This document shows positions 30,580-39,890 of a stretch of 64,000 bases of DNA, one piece after another. The notes under the pieces were generated by a model. It was not told the DNA's origin and ran no database searches. It worked only from the letters and a program-made list of their open reading frames with translations. A program made the translations under genes and the position numbers. Origin of the DNA: an uncultured Rikenellaceae bacterium. GTDB taxonomy: Bacteria; Bacteroidota; Bacteroidia; Bacteroidales; VadinHA17. The stretch covers positions 94,445 through 158,444 of the forward strand of contig CAZXGG010000001.1 of the NCBI GenBank assembly GCA_964640125.1, written 5' to 3'. Positions within the stretch are counted from its first letter, which is position 1. Each line of letters starts with the position of its first letter.

Positions 30580-31239
30580 TCATTCCACGTTGGAATCCTG
30601 CCAATGCTGATTGTGCCTTTTCCAGTTTTTGAATCCAATGACAAAAAAGAAGAAACCGGAGAGAAATGTCATGGTAAGCATCCCAAAATGAACGGAGAGA
30701 AGAATAGCCAAATACCGGAGTTTAACATTTTTACTCCGAATATTGGCCTGTACGATCTTAAGATCCCGGTCTTTCTGGTTAAAGGACCGGATTCGTTCCA
30801 TCAGCCGGTTTGATTTTTCGGTAAAGAGCTGATTCAATGAATCGATCATTCTTTCATCCGTCAAGATTCCGCGGTTGTATAAATCCTGAATGGTATCCAG
30901 CAGGTAGGGCTCATTTGCCGCTCTGTTCATCAGTGCATTGATGGAATCATTCAGAGAAGCTGAATGATGCATCAGCTGGTTGATTTCATTGTTGGCCTGA
31001 GTTACCTCGGTGTTCAGGTCGTTCATCTGTTCTCTGGAAAGTCCGTGTTCCATAGACAGTACTTCTGCTTCTGCTTCTTCTACCTCTTTCTCCCGGATCA
31101 TATCAATCCGGTTTACCAATAACGATTCAATGCGCATGGGCATAAATGAGATGCTGAAAAGAAGAAGAATAAAACCGATGATGGTGTTAAAAGCATGAAT
31201 ATTCGATACGTTATTCATAGTATCCGGATTTTTATGCAA
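30580..31239 (-). CDS. Hypothetical membrane protein with central coiled coil
   Basis: Hydrophobic segments lie near both ends (IIGFILLLFSISFM; LAILLSVHFGMLTMTFLSGFFFFVIGF). They flank a region of about 130 aa that is heptad-like and rich in E/N/L. No family was recognised. Confidence 0.5.
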   Translation of the reverse strand: MHKNPDTMNNVSNIHAFNTIIGFILLLFSISFMPMRIESLLVNRIDMIREKEVEEAEAEVLSMEHGLSREQMNDLNTEVTQANNEINQLMHHSASLNDSINALMNRAANEPYLLDTIQDLYNRGILTDERMIDSLNQLFTEKSNRLMERIRSFNQKDRDLKIVQANIRSKNVKLRYLAILLSVHFGMLTMTFLSGFFFFVIGFKNWKRHNQHWQDSNVE

Positions 31240-31312
31240 GGCGTCTATCGCAGTTCAATTCGGTCAGATCATCATTTTATGATCCCATGATCATTCGGAA
31301 GGCAGGAGAAAA

Positions 31313-33274
31313 TCACTCCCTGCTAAAATCAAGTGTCATCTTTTTGTTCAAGACGCCTCCACGTGTTGATGATATACTGATACTACAGGTTACATCTTGT
31401 TTCTGGTAAACCCGAACAGTAAAGATGGCCTGACTGGTTTCACCTCCGGGAGTAAATCCGCAATCCACACTTGCAGAGCGTTGATTACGGGAGAACCGGT
31501 CGTAATACCAGTTACGAGCTTCACCTGACTCCTCTTCCTCCCGAATAATTTTCAATACCGGTTTTTTCCCCGTTACCATCTCCTTTACAAATTCAATGGT
31601 GACCCGGTCTTCACGAACGATTTTTACCAGGTGTGCCTGTTTCAAGGCAGTGGGCAATTTCCCGGTATTCTGAAACGAGATGGTGATCTGAAAATCGGCT
31701 GAGTCATTGCCATAGGATTCGGTCTTTTCCAGATTGACATCGCTCCATGCGAGACGGGGCAGATGGTTTACCATTTCGAGGTTGAACAATGCCTGGTTTT
31801 TAGCCCAGGGTAAAAGCTCTTTTGCCGGGGGATTCTGGGAGAAAAATTTTGGATGAAATCCTCCAATTTCAGCTTCTCCGTAAACAGGATGTACAAACGG
31901 TTTCCATTCGGTATACCCGGTGCCCTCATTTTCTTCATCGTCCCATCTGAGCAGATCCAGCTGGTCGATGTCATCGTCCCCGTCATAATCTTTAAACCTT
32001 CCCCCGTTCCATAATTCATCACCGTACCAGATGGCACCGAAATACCAGTATCCAAAATCGGGGCCATGTCCAAAGAGCGGATTTCCATGGCCGTAATCCT
32101 GATATACATCCCCGGCTCTTTCATACCCGGTAATTCCCTTTCCAATGCTGTCAAAATATTCATACCACGCCAGGTCTTCCAGGTACATTCTCTCTTCAGA
32201 GGGGGAGGTTGATGGAGCCCGGAGATGCATTGGCACTCGTGTATCCATTGAGTTTACAATATATACATTGGGATGGCTTAACAGGAATGTAACAACCGAC
32301 CGGGTTTCAATCTCACTGAGCGGATATTCACCGGCGCCACGCTGGGTGAAACCGCGTCCGGTCGCCTCGGCATGCTGTTCCGGCCTCCAGTTTTCAGGAT
32401 AGTTGCGGTGAAGGTCCAGTCCCCCGATACCATCTTCATTCACCCGGCCATCCCCGTCATTATCAATCCCCTCAGATTCAGTTAAATAGACCCCTTCTCC
32501 TTCCGGAACCCTCATCATGAGCCTGCCGCTTGGATCATCCGGATCTGGCTTCATGTTTCCCCGTTTTTTATCTTTCCAGCGCACGGTGAGTATAATCCCG
32601 TCTCCATCAAGGTCCTCCGGAGAGTCTTCATCGATAAGGCCATCCAGGTCATTGTCCGTCGGCTTTACGGTACTGCGGTTGCTTTGTGCTGTGTGCATAT
32701 AGAGGGTATGTCCGTCGGGATTATTAATCGGACGGGCATAGATCGTTTTCGTGTTCAGCATTTCTGTTATTTCTGCATTGTTGCCATATTGTTCAAGCAG
32801 ATACTGGATCATCCACAGAACGGATTCTGCGCTGGTTACCTCTCCACTATGACGATTTCCTTCAAAAAAGGCAGCCGGTTTGTCGGTATCTTTTCCTGAT
32901 CGTTTATTGGTAATGGTTACCTGCAGGATGGGTCTTCCTTCAAAGCTTTCAGCGACCGTATAAAGATCCACCAGATCAGGATACTCATCTGCCCATCGTT
33001 TGAGCCAGGTGGTAAATACATCGGCCGAATGAAAGCGGTCAAATGTGAGTTTATCGGATGCCGTATACTCGACCTCGGGATACCTGACCTGAGGGAAAAA
33101 ACTGATACCGTGCCGCTCTCCTTTGACCGTATACCAGAGTGTATCCTGATCGGACTCAGGCCAGCTCTCTTCATGCAAAGGGAGGTAACCCTGGGCTAAC
33201 AAGGTGGCGGAAAACAAAAAGATACTGTATATCATCATGAACAGTCGGGCGGGGTGAAAGAGATTCTTTTTCAT
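31313..33274 (-). CDS. Secreted M14 family zinc carboxypeptidase with Asp-rich Ca-binding-like inserts
   Basis: Signal peptide, HxxE zinc motif (NRHSGE) and RPINNPDGH. Two DxDxDG-type inserts are present: DNDLDGLIDEDSPEDLDGDG and DNDGDGRVNEDG. Confidence 0.8.
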   Translation of the reverse strand: MKKNLFHPARLFMMIYSIFLFSATLLAQGYLPLHEESWPESDQDTLWYTVKGERHGISFFPQVRYPEVEYTASDKLTFDRFHSADVFTTWLKRWADEYPDLVDLYTVAESFEGRPILQVTITNKRSGKDTDKPAAFFEGNRHSGEVTSAESVLWMIQYLLEQYGNNAEITEMLNTKTIYARPINNPDGHTLYMHTAQSNRSTVKPTDNDLDGLIDEDSPEDLDGDGIILTVRWKDKKRGNMKPDPDDPSGRLMMRVPEGEGVYLTESEGIDNDGDGRVNEDGIGGLDLHRNYPENWRPEQHAEATGRGFTQRGAGEYPLSEIETRSVVTFLLSHPNVYIVNSMDTRVPMHLRAPSTSPSEERMYLEDLAWYEYFDSIGKGITGYERAGDVYQDYGHGNPLFGHGPDFGYWYFGAIWYGDELWNGGRFKDYDGDDDIDQLDLLRWDDEENEGTGYTEWKPFVHPVYGEAEIGGFHPKFFSQNPPAKELLPWAKNQALFNLEMVNHLPRLAWSDVNLEKTESYGNDSADFQITISFQNTGKLPTALKQAHLVKIVREDRVTIEFVKEMVTGKKPVLKIIREEEESGEARNWYYDRFSRNQRSASVDCGFTPGGETSQAIFTVRVYQKQDVTCSISISSTRGGVLNKKMTLDFSRE

Positions 33275-33439
33275 CGTACATTTTTTTCTGCCTGAAAGTA
33301 ATCATTTTTACCGAAGAGTCAGAATGGAAAACGAATAAATTGCTTGCATATCATTTGATTCCATATTTATGATTACGGGATAGATTAATTTTGGTATTTT
33401 TGAGATTCTTTATACAGTAACGCCCGTGATCTGCTTGTC

Positions 33440-35758
33440 ATGAAGAATAGCATTGTTCTCTTCTGTTTGCTTTGTTTCATACCCGGTCTGTATGCGCAGG
33501 ACCTGTTTACCATCAGCGGACATGTGACGGATGCGGAAAGCGGGGAAGAATTAATTGGCGCCACACTGTTTATTACCAATATGAGTAATGGAACAGCAAC
33601 CAACACGTATGGTTTTTATTCCCTTACCCTCCCCGGCGGGACATACCAGATAGGGGCAAGCTATATTGGGTATGAATCACAACGCTTTTCGGTTGACCTG
33701 ACGGAAGACCAAACGGTTAATGTTGAATTGAAGCCGAAAATCAGCATGCTTGATGAGGTGGTGATCAGTGAGGTTGGTGCAGATGAAAATTTGCGGTCGC
33801 CTGAAATGAGCATAGCAAAGCTGAACGTAAAAGAGGTGAAAGAGATCCCGGTTATTTTTGGTGAACAGGATCTCCTGAAGACCATTCAATTGTTGCCGGG
33901 AGTCAGTGCAGCTGGAGAAGGCGGAAGCGGTTATTTTGTACGCGGTGGAGGGTCGGGACAGAACCTCATTTTACTCGACGAAGCACCGGTCTATAATGCA
34001 TCGCACCTGCTGGGCTTCTTCTCTGTTTTTAATTCTGATGCCATAAAGGATGTGAAATTGTATAAAGGAGGTATGCCGGCCGAATACGGAGGGAGATTAT
34101 CCTCGGTCCTGGATGTGAAAATGAAAGATGGGAACCTGCGAAAACTAGGAATTTCCGGTGGAATTGGATTGATCTCCTCCCGGCTGACCATCGAAGGACC
34201 CTTTCTAAAAGAGAAAGGATCCCTCATTCTGTCCGGTAGAAGAACCTATGCCGATCTTTTCCTGAGACTATCCTCTGACACACTGGTGAACAAAAATATC
34301 CTCTATTTCTACGACCTGAACATCAAAGGAAATTATAAGGTGGGAGAAAAGGACCGGATCTACCTATCCGGTTACTTCGGGCGGGATGTATTTAAATACA
34401 GTGATGTTTTTGGATTTGATTGGGGAAATGGTACGGCCACCGTGCGGTGGAATCATCTGTTCAGCAACAGGCTTTTCCTGAACAGCTCCCTGATCTATAG
34501 CAACTACAATTATGATTTTTTCGTGGATGAGGGGGGGATGAAATTTACCATCAGATCGGCGATCCGTGACTGGCACCTGAAGGAGGATTTTCAATATTTC
34601 CTGCACCCCGGGAACACATTAAAATTTGGGCTAAAACTGAACCATCATAATTTCATTCCGGGCGTTGTCGATGCCTCAGAAGCATCGGGTGTGAACGAAT
34701 TGAAACTGACCGAGAAATATGCCCTTGAAACAGCCATCTACCTCAACCATGAATTGACTCTCTTTGACCGGCTAACCGTCAGTTACGGACTACGGTTTTC
34801 CATGTTTCACCTCCTTGGACCGGGTAACGTATATCGTTATGATGAAGAGGGATCAGTCTTTGACACCACAGCTTACAACAGTGGTGAACTGATAAGCGGT
34901 TATTACGGTCTCGACCCCAGAGTAACTGCCATGTTCAGAGTGGATGAATCAAGCTCTCTGAAAGCCTCCTTTGTCAGAACCAACCAGTACATCCATTTAC
35001 TTTCCAATACAACCTCCACAACACCCATGGATGCCTGGATCCCCAGCAGTTCGAATGTAAAACCACAGGTTGGAAATCAGCTGGCATTTGGCTATTTCAG
35101 GAATTTTAAGGAGAACAAATATGAAGCATCGGTTGAGGTGTATTATAAATGGATGCAGAACCAGATTGATTACCGCAACGGAGCAGATATTTTTCTCAAC
35201 GAACAGGTTGAATCACAACTTGTGTTTGGCAGCGGGAAATCCTATGGGTCTGAGTTTTATCTGAAAAAGAAAAGTGGGAAATTGCATGGCTGGATCAGTT
35301 ATACGCTTTCGAAAACTGACCGCCTGTTTGACGATATTAATGACGGGAAGGCATTTCCGGCAAAACAGGACCGGAGACATGACGTCTCCATTGTTGCTCT
35401 TTTAAGCATCGGTAAACGATGGACCATTTCGGGGACCTGGGTATATTATACAGGAAATGCCGTTACTTTTCCAGCCGGGAAATATGAAATCGAAGGAACA
35501 ACAGTAAACATGTACACGGGGAGAAATGGACACCGGATGCCTGCATATCATCGGTTGGACCTGGGGGTTACATTGAAGGGGAAAGAGCGAAAACGATATG
35601 AATCAAGTGTAGACCTGTCAATCTATAATGTCTATTCAAGGAAAAATGCATATTCCATTCGCTTTGAGGAGGATGAAGACGATCCATCGAAAACCGTGGC
35701 TAAAAAACTCTCCCTGTTTCCAATCGTACCGTCCATAACCTATAATTTCAGATTCTGA
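33440..35758 (+). CDS. TonB-dependent receptor with N-terminal carboxypeptidase-regulatory-like domain
   Basis: Signal peptide and a CarbopepD_reg-like domain (ISGHVTDAESGEELIGATLFI...GTYQIGASYIGY). A plug region and a long beta-barrel ending in ...ITYNFRF follow. No SusD-like gene follows it. Confidence 0.9.
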   Translation: MKNSIVLFCLLCFIPGLYAQDLFTISGHVTDAESGEELIGATLFITNMSNGTATNTYGFYSLTLPGGTYQIGASYIGYESQRFSVDLTEDQTVNVELKPKISMLDEVVISEVGADENLRSPEMSIAKLNVKEVKEIPVIFGEQDLLKTIQLLPGVSAAGEGGSGYFVRGGGSGQNLILLDEAPVYNASHLLGFFSVFNSDAIKDVKLYKGGMPAEYGGRLSSVLDVKMKDGNLRKLGISGGIGLISSRLTIEGPFLKEKGSLILSGRRTYADLFLRLSSDTLVNKNILYFYDLNIKGNYKVGEKDRIYLSGYFGRDVFKYSDVFGFDWGNGTATVRWNHLFSNRLFLNSSLIYSNYNYDFFVDEGGMKFTIRSAIRDWHLKEDFQYFLHPGNTLKFGLKLNHHNFIPGVVDASEASGVNELKLTEKYALETAIYLNHELTLFDRLTVSYGLRFSMFHLLGPGNVYRYDEEGSVFDTTAYNSGELISGYYGLDPRVTAMFRVDESSSLKASFVRTNQYIHLLSNTTSTTPMDAWIPSSSNVKPQVGNQLAFGYFRNFKENKYEASVEVYYKWMQNQIDYRNGADIFLNEQVESQLVFGSGKSYGSEFYLKKKSGKLHGWISYTLSKTDRLFDDINDGKAFPAKQDRRHDVSIVALLSIGKRWTISGTWVYYTGNAVTFPAGKYEIEGTTVNMYTGRNGHRMPAYHRLDLGVTLKGKERKRYESSVDLSIYNVYSRKNAYSIRFEEDEDDPSKTVAKKLSLFPIVPSITYNFRF

Positions 35759-35759
35759 C

Positions 35760-36566
35760 ATGGCACGCAATTATAAAATAGGATTGTTGTTGATTTCGTT
35801 GCTGTTATCGTGTGAGGAGATCATTACCATCGACCTGGAGGGAACAGATCCCAGGATCGTTATTGAAGGAAGCATATCCGACAGACCGGGTCCCTACAGG
35901 GTGATGTTGACCAAAACCACCGATTATTTCGCCCCTTTGGAATACCCGGCTGTATCGGGAGCAACGGTCGTGTTATCCGATGACCTTGGAACCCGGGATA
36001 CCCTGGTTGAAGCGAGTGAAGGAGTGTATGAAACAACCATTATCCAGGGAGATTACGGGAGAACCTACCAATTGGAAGTTGAGGCGGAAGGTGAGCAGTA
36101 TACAGCATCGGCCAGGCTGCCTGAACGAATTGATATCGACTCAATCCAGCTGGAGTACTATCCTGAAACTTATTACTATGAGGAATCCTACTGGCTCCAT
36201 TGTCATTTCAAAGACCCCAGGGATACGGTCAATTTTTACCGGATCAGGGTGTTTAAAAATGACACGCTCGATAAAAACATCTATTGCATCGATGATAAAT
36301 TCATCGATGGCAATCCGGTCGACCTGTTTATATGGGGGGATTCCTATTTACCGGGCGATACGGCAGTACTTGAACTGTTTTCCATGGACGATAAGGTGTA
36401 TGATTATTTCCTTACCCTGGCAAACCTGCTGTATAGTGGTGGAGACGGTTCCTATTCAACCCCTGCGAACCCCAACACCAATCTCTCCAATGATGCGCTT
36501 GGCTATTTCGGTGCGTTTGCCATTGACAGGGATACCGTAATTATTCCGGAATTTCCGGACCGGTAA
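35760..36566 (+). CDS. DUF4249-like lipoprotein, partner of the TonB-dependent receptor
   Basis: Starts 1 nt after the receptor stop. Lipobox LLLSC. This is the usual downstream partner of CarbopepD_reg-type TBDTs in Bacteroidota. The family call comes from synteny and memory. Confidence 0.55.
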   Translation: MARNYKIGLLLISLLLSCEEIITIDLEGTDPRIVIEGSISDRPGPYRVMLTKTTDYFAPLEYPAVSGATVVLSDDLGTRDTLVEASEGVYETTIIQGDYGRTYQLEVEAEGEQYTASARLPERIDIDSIQLEYYPETYYYEESYWLHCHFKDPRDTVNFYRIRVFKNDTLDKNIYCIDDKFIDGNPVDLFIWGDSYLPGDTAVLELFSMDDKVYDYFLTLANLLYSGGDGSYSTPANPNTNLSNDALGYFGAFAIDRDTVIIPEFPDR

Positions 36567-36703
36567 ATTTCCCGGGCATGAAAAGATTCTAAAAAGAAAA
36601 TATCCTGCTGCACAATACTTTCCATTTCTTCCTGATTCCAGAAAAAGATTGTAGGTTTAGCTTTTCGTTGAGAACCTATTGTAAACCATAAATATCACAA
36701 AAA

Positions 36704-39205
36704 ATGAGAAAGATTACGTTCGTCCTATTCATGATTGTATGTTTAAGCATGGGTACAATCCTTGGGCAGCATGCTGAAGTTACCAAAGCAAACTATGCAC
36801 TCGCCGCCCGGTTTTCCCCGGGAAAAATTAAAAAGATGGTCTTTTCTACTTCTGTGGATGCTCACTGGTTGAAACTGTCCGACCGGTTCTGGTATTCTTT
36901 TGAAACACCAAAAGGAAAAACCTTTTATATCGTTGATCCAGTCCGTAAAACCAAAACGGAGATATTTGACAATGTGAAAATGGCTGCAGATCTTACCCGC
37001 TTTACCAAAGATCCATATGATGCACTGCACCTGCCGATCGAAAAAATCAAATTTATTAATGGTGAGAAAGCCATTCAGTTTGAAGTGGAAAGCACGCAGG
37101 AGGAGGAAAAAAAGGAGGAAACGGATACCACTAAGACCGAACAGAAAAAAGGCAAAAGCCCCAAAAAGGAAAAACCCGAAAAGAAGAAGTTTTATTTTCA
37201 GTATGATCTTACCACCCGGGTTTTAATCCTTCTGGAAGATTATGAAAAACCAAAGGATAATCTACGATGGGCTTCCATTTCACCCGATGGGGAAACAATC
37301 CTTTTTACCAAACAGTATAACCTTTACTGGATGGACAGGGAAAACTACCAGAAAGCCCTGGAAGATGAGGAGGATTCAACCATTATTGAACACCAGCTTA
37401 CCAAGGACGGAGAAGAGTATTACAGTTATAGTTATGAGAGAGGGGAAACCAATGTGGATAAAGAAAAAAATAAGGACAAGCGAAAACCGGCGCACGTTGT
37501 CTGGTCTCCGGATTCGAAAAAAATAGCCCTTACCCGATCCGATAGCAGGGAAGTAAAAGATCTTTGGGTCATCAATTCTATTGCAGAACCCCGCCCAACC
37601 CTGGAAACATACAAATACCATATGCCCGGGGAAGAAGAATCACCCCAGGTCGAATTGCTGGTCATTGATATGGTTACAAAGGAGAAACTGCAGGTAGAGG
37701 CAGATGCTTTTAAAGATCAGACAATATCGATCCTGACTGCACCACGACTGGCAAAAAACCGGGATGATGATTACCATCCCCGTGTTTGGCTTGCTACGAC
37801 TGCAGATAAGGTTTATTTTACCAGGACAAGCAGGGATTTAAAGAGAATAGATGTCTGTGTTGCAAACAGTTTAACCGGAGAAGTTAAAGTGCTTGTTGAA
37901 GAACGGTTAAACACCTATGTTGAGACCCGACCATTGGGTCTGGTGAATAATGGGACGGAACTGATCCACTGGTCAGAACGGGATGGATGGGCCCATTTCT
38001 ATCTCTTTGACGAACAGGGGAACATGAAAAACCAGATTACAAGCGGACCCTTTCATTGTGAAAGCATTGAGGCGATTGATGAAAAGAACAGGATCCTCTA
38101 TTTCACAGCAAATGCCAGGGAAAGCAATGAAGATCCATATTACCTCCACCTTTACCGGGTAAATTTTGATGGTACCAGCCTCAAGCTGTTAAACAAAGGG
38201 AATTTTAACCATACTGTAAGCATGAACGATGCGCACACCTATTTCGTGAACACCTTCTCCCGGGTGAACATAATCCCCAAGTCGGAGTTGCGGGATAACC
38301 AGGGCAACGTTCTGATGGCGCTTGAAACAACAGACCTTTCCCTGCTGTTTGAAGCCGGTTACCAGTTTCCTGAACCCTATACGGTTAAAGCGGATGATGG
38401 TATGACCGACCTGTATGGCGTGATGTATAAACCGTTTGATTTCGATTCGACAAAAAAGTATCCCATCATTGCATATGTCTATCCCGGACCCCAGACGGAA
38501 TCCGTGAACAAATCGTTTTCGCTAAGTATGGACCGTATCGATCGGCTGGCTCAATTTGGTTTTATTGTAATAACCATTGGCAACCGTGGCGGACATCCAA
38601 GCCGGTCGAAATGGTACCATAATTATGGTTATGGGAACCTGCGCGACTATGGATTGGCCGATAAGAAAGCAGCCATTGAACAACTGGCTGACAGGTATTC
38701 GTTTATCAATATCGATAAAGTGGGCATATTTGGTCATTCCGGAGGAGGATTTATGTCAACTGCAGCCATGCTTGTATATCCCGATTTTTTCAAGGTTGCT
38801 GTTTCATCTTCAGGCAATCATGAAAACAACATCTATAACCGGTGGTGGAGTGAAAAACACCATGGTGTAAAGGAAGTCGTTGATAAAGATGGCAATATTA
38901 CATTTGAATACGATATTGATAAAAACTCGGAGATTGCTGAAAACCTGAAAGGTCGACTGTTAATCTGTACCGGCGATATTGATAACAACGTCCATCCTGC
39001 AAATACTATTCGTTTGGCAAACGCACTGATTAAAGCCAATAAACGGTTTGATCTTTTCATATTCCCGGGTCAACGACATGGATACGGTGATATGAATGAG
39101 TATTTTTTCTGGCTTCGCGGTGATTATTTCTGCAAACACCTTATCGGCGATTATGCAGATCAGGTGGATATCATCGAGATTAACCGGGAGAAGGAAAAGG
39201 AGTGA
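36704..39205 (+). CDS. S9 family serine peptidase (DPP-IV-like N-terminal propeller plus prolyl-oligopeptidase catalytic domain)
   Basis: Signal peptide. The nucleophile elbow is GIFGHSGGGFMS. Downstream lie ...GDIDNNVHP (Asp) and ...QRHGYG (His). Confidence 0.85.
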   Translation: MRKITFVLFMIVCLSMGTILGQHAEVTKANYALAARFSPGKIKKMVFSTSVDAHWLKLSDRFWYSFETPKGKTFYIVDPVRKTKTEIFDNVKMAADLTRFTKDPYDALHLPIEKIKFINGEKAIQFEVESTQEEEKKEETDTTKTEQKKGKSPKKEKPEKKKFYFQYDLTTRVLILLEDYEKPKDNLRWASISPDGETILFTKQYNLYWMDRENYQKALEDEEDSTIIEHQLTKDGEEYYSYSYERGETNVDKEKNKDKRKPAHVVWSPDSKKIALTRSDSREVKDLWVINSIAEPRPTLETYKYHMPGEEESPQVELLVIDMVTKEKLQVEADAFKDQTISILTAPRLAKNRDDDYHPRVWLATTADKVYFTRTSRDLKRIDVCVANSLTGEVKVLVEERLNTYVETRPLGLVNNGTELIHWSERDGWAHFYLFDEQGNMKNQITSGPFHCESIEAIDEKNRILYFTANARESNEDPYYLHLYRVNFDGTSLKLLNKGNFNHTVSMNDAHTYFVNTFSRVNIIPKSELRDNQGNVLMALETTDLSLLFEAGYQFPEPYTVKADDGMTDLYGVMYKPFDFDSTKKYPIIAYVYPGPQTESVNKSFSLSMDRIDRLAQFGFIVITIGNRGGHPSRSKWYHNYGYGNLRDYGLADKKAAIEQLADRYSFINIDKVGIFGHSGGGFMSTAAMLVYPDFFKVAVSSSGNHENNIYNRWWSEKHHGVKEVVDKDGNITFEYDIDKNSEIAENLKGRLLICTGDIDNNVHPANTIRLANALIKANKRFDLFIFPGQRHGYGDMNEYFFWLRGDYFCKHLIGDYADQVDIIEINREKEKE

Positions 39206-39219
39206 TGGGGGATAAACAA

Positions 39220-39240
39220 GTAAAAAGTAAAAAGTAAAAA
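39220..39240. repeat. Short tandem repeat (GTAAAAA)x3
   Basis: gtaaaaagtaaaaagtaaaaa, read directly in the convergent intergenic gap between the S9 peptidase and the flavin reductase-like gene. Confidence 0.9.
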
Positions 39241-39276
39241 GTTAGAATTTCATAATTTTGTTTCCCGGATTGTGAT

Positions 39277-39825
39277 TTATTTTCCGGAGCTTTTCTGAGT
39301 CGTGAACAGTTTGGTTCCACGGATAAGTACAATTTCACCAAAATAGATCCGGTGATAGTCTTTCAGGGGATAATTCCTGTGGATGGATTGATCAAGGAAT
39401 TGTTCCGGTTTGAAGTCGTCCCAGTAGATCTTTTTACACTCTACGATCAATAATGCTTCCAGGAATGTTGGAGCTTCAACCTTGCTGGAGGGGACAACCG
39501 TAAGTTCTGTTCCAGCCAGTTTGTCTCCGTCACGACCGGATGTGGAACCGAGAAGATTCAGATCCTCTTTGTATTTCTTGTCGAATGCTGAGAGTGTAAA
39601 GGTTTCATAGCGGTTCATGAATTCAAACGTATAACGGGTTGGCCTGACAACGGCCACTGCAACCGGTTTATTCCACATGATGCCGAAATAGCCCCAGCCA
39701 ACGGTCATCGTATTATAGTGATTAGCGGCATAGTCACCGCTGGTTAGCAGGAACCACTGCTGATCCCAGAGATGGTGGATTCGTGGCATGAACTCATAAA
39801 CGGGTATTTCTTTACGGTCTTTCAT
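39277..39825 (-). CDS. Flavin reductase-like (FMN-binding split-barrel) family protein
   Basis: 182 aa. NTMTVGWGYFGIMWNKPVAVAVVRPTRYTFEF resembles the Bacteroidota flavin reductase family core. Confidence 0.6.
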   Translation of the reverse strand: MKDRKEIPVYEFMPRIHHLWDQQWFLLTSGDYAANHYNTMTVGWGYFGIMWNKPVAVAVVRPTRYTFEFMNRYETFTLSAFDKKYKEDLNLLGSTSGRDGDKLAGTELTVVPSSKVEAPTFLEALLIVECKKIYWDDFKPEQFLDQSIHRNYPLKDYHRIYFGEIVLIRGTKLFTTQKSSGK

Positions 39826-39890
39826 AATGGCATAGTACTATTGAGTAGAATTATTTTGCTGGGTACCTTGTGAATGGAATATCCATTTTT

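Noticed and set aside
35980-36540. 186-aa same-strand ORF overlapping the DUF4249-like gene in another frame.
   Set aside because: The translation has low-complexity composition (Pro/Arg/Ile-rich) and no signal peptide or motif. The DUF4249 frame has a lipobox and starts 1 nt after the receptor stop.
39277-39825. Checked whether the gene downstream of the caspase could be a gasdermin-like pore-forming substrate.
   Set aside because: The sequence fits the flavin reductase-like split-barrel family (NTMTVGWG…VRPTRYTFEF). At 182 aa it is too short for a gasdermin. The caspase protein also has a signal peptide, unlike cytoplasmic gasdermin-activating proteases.
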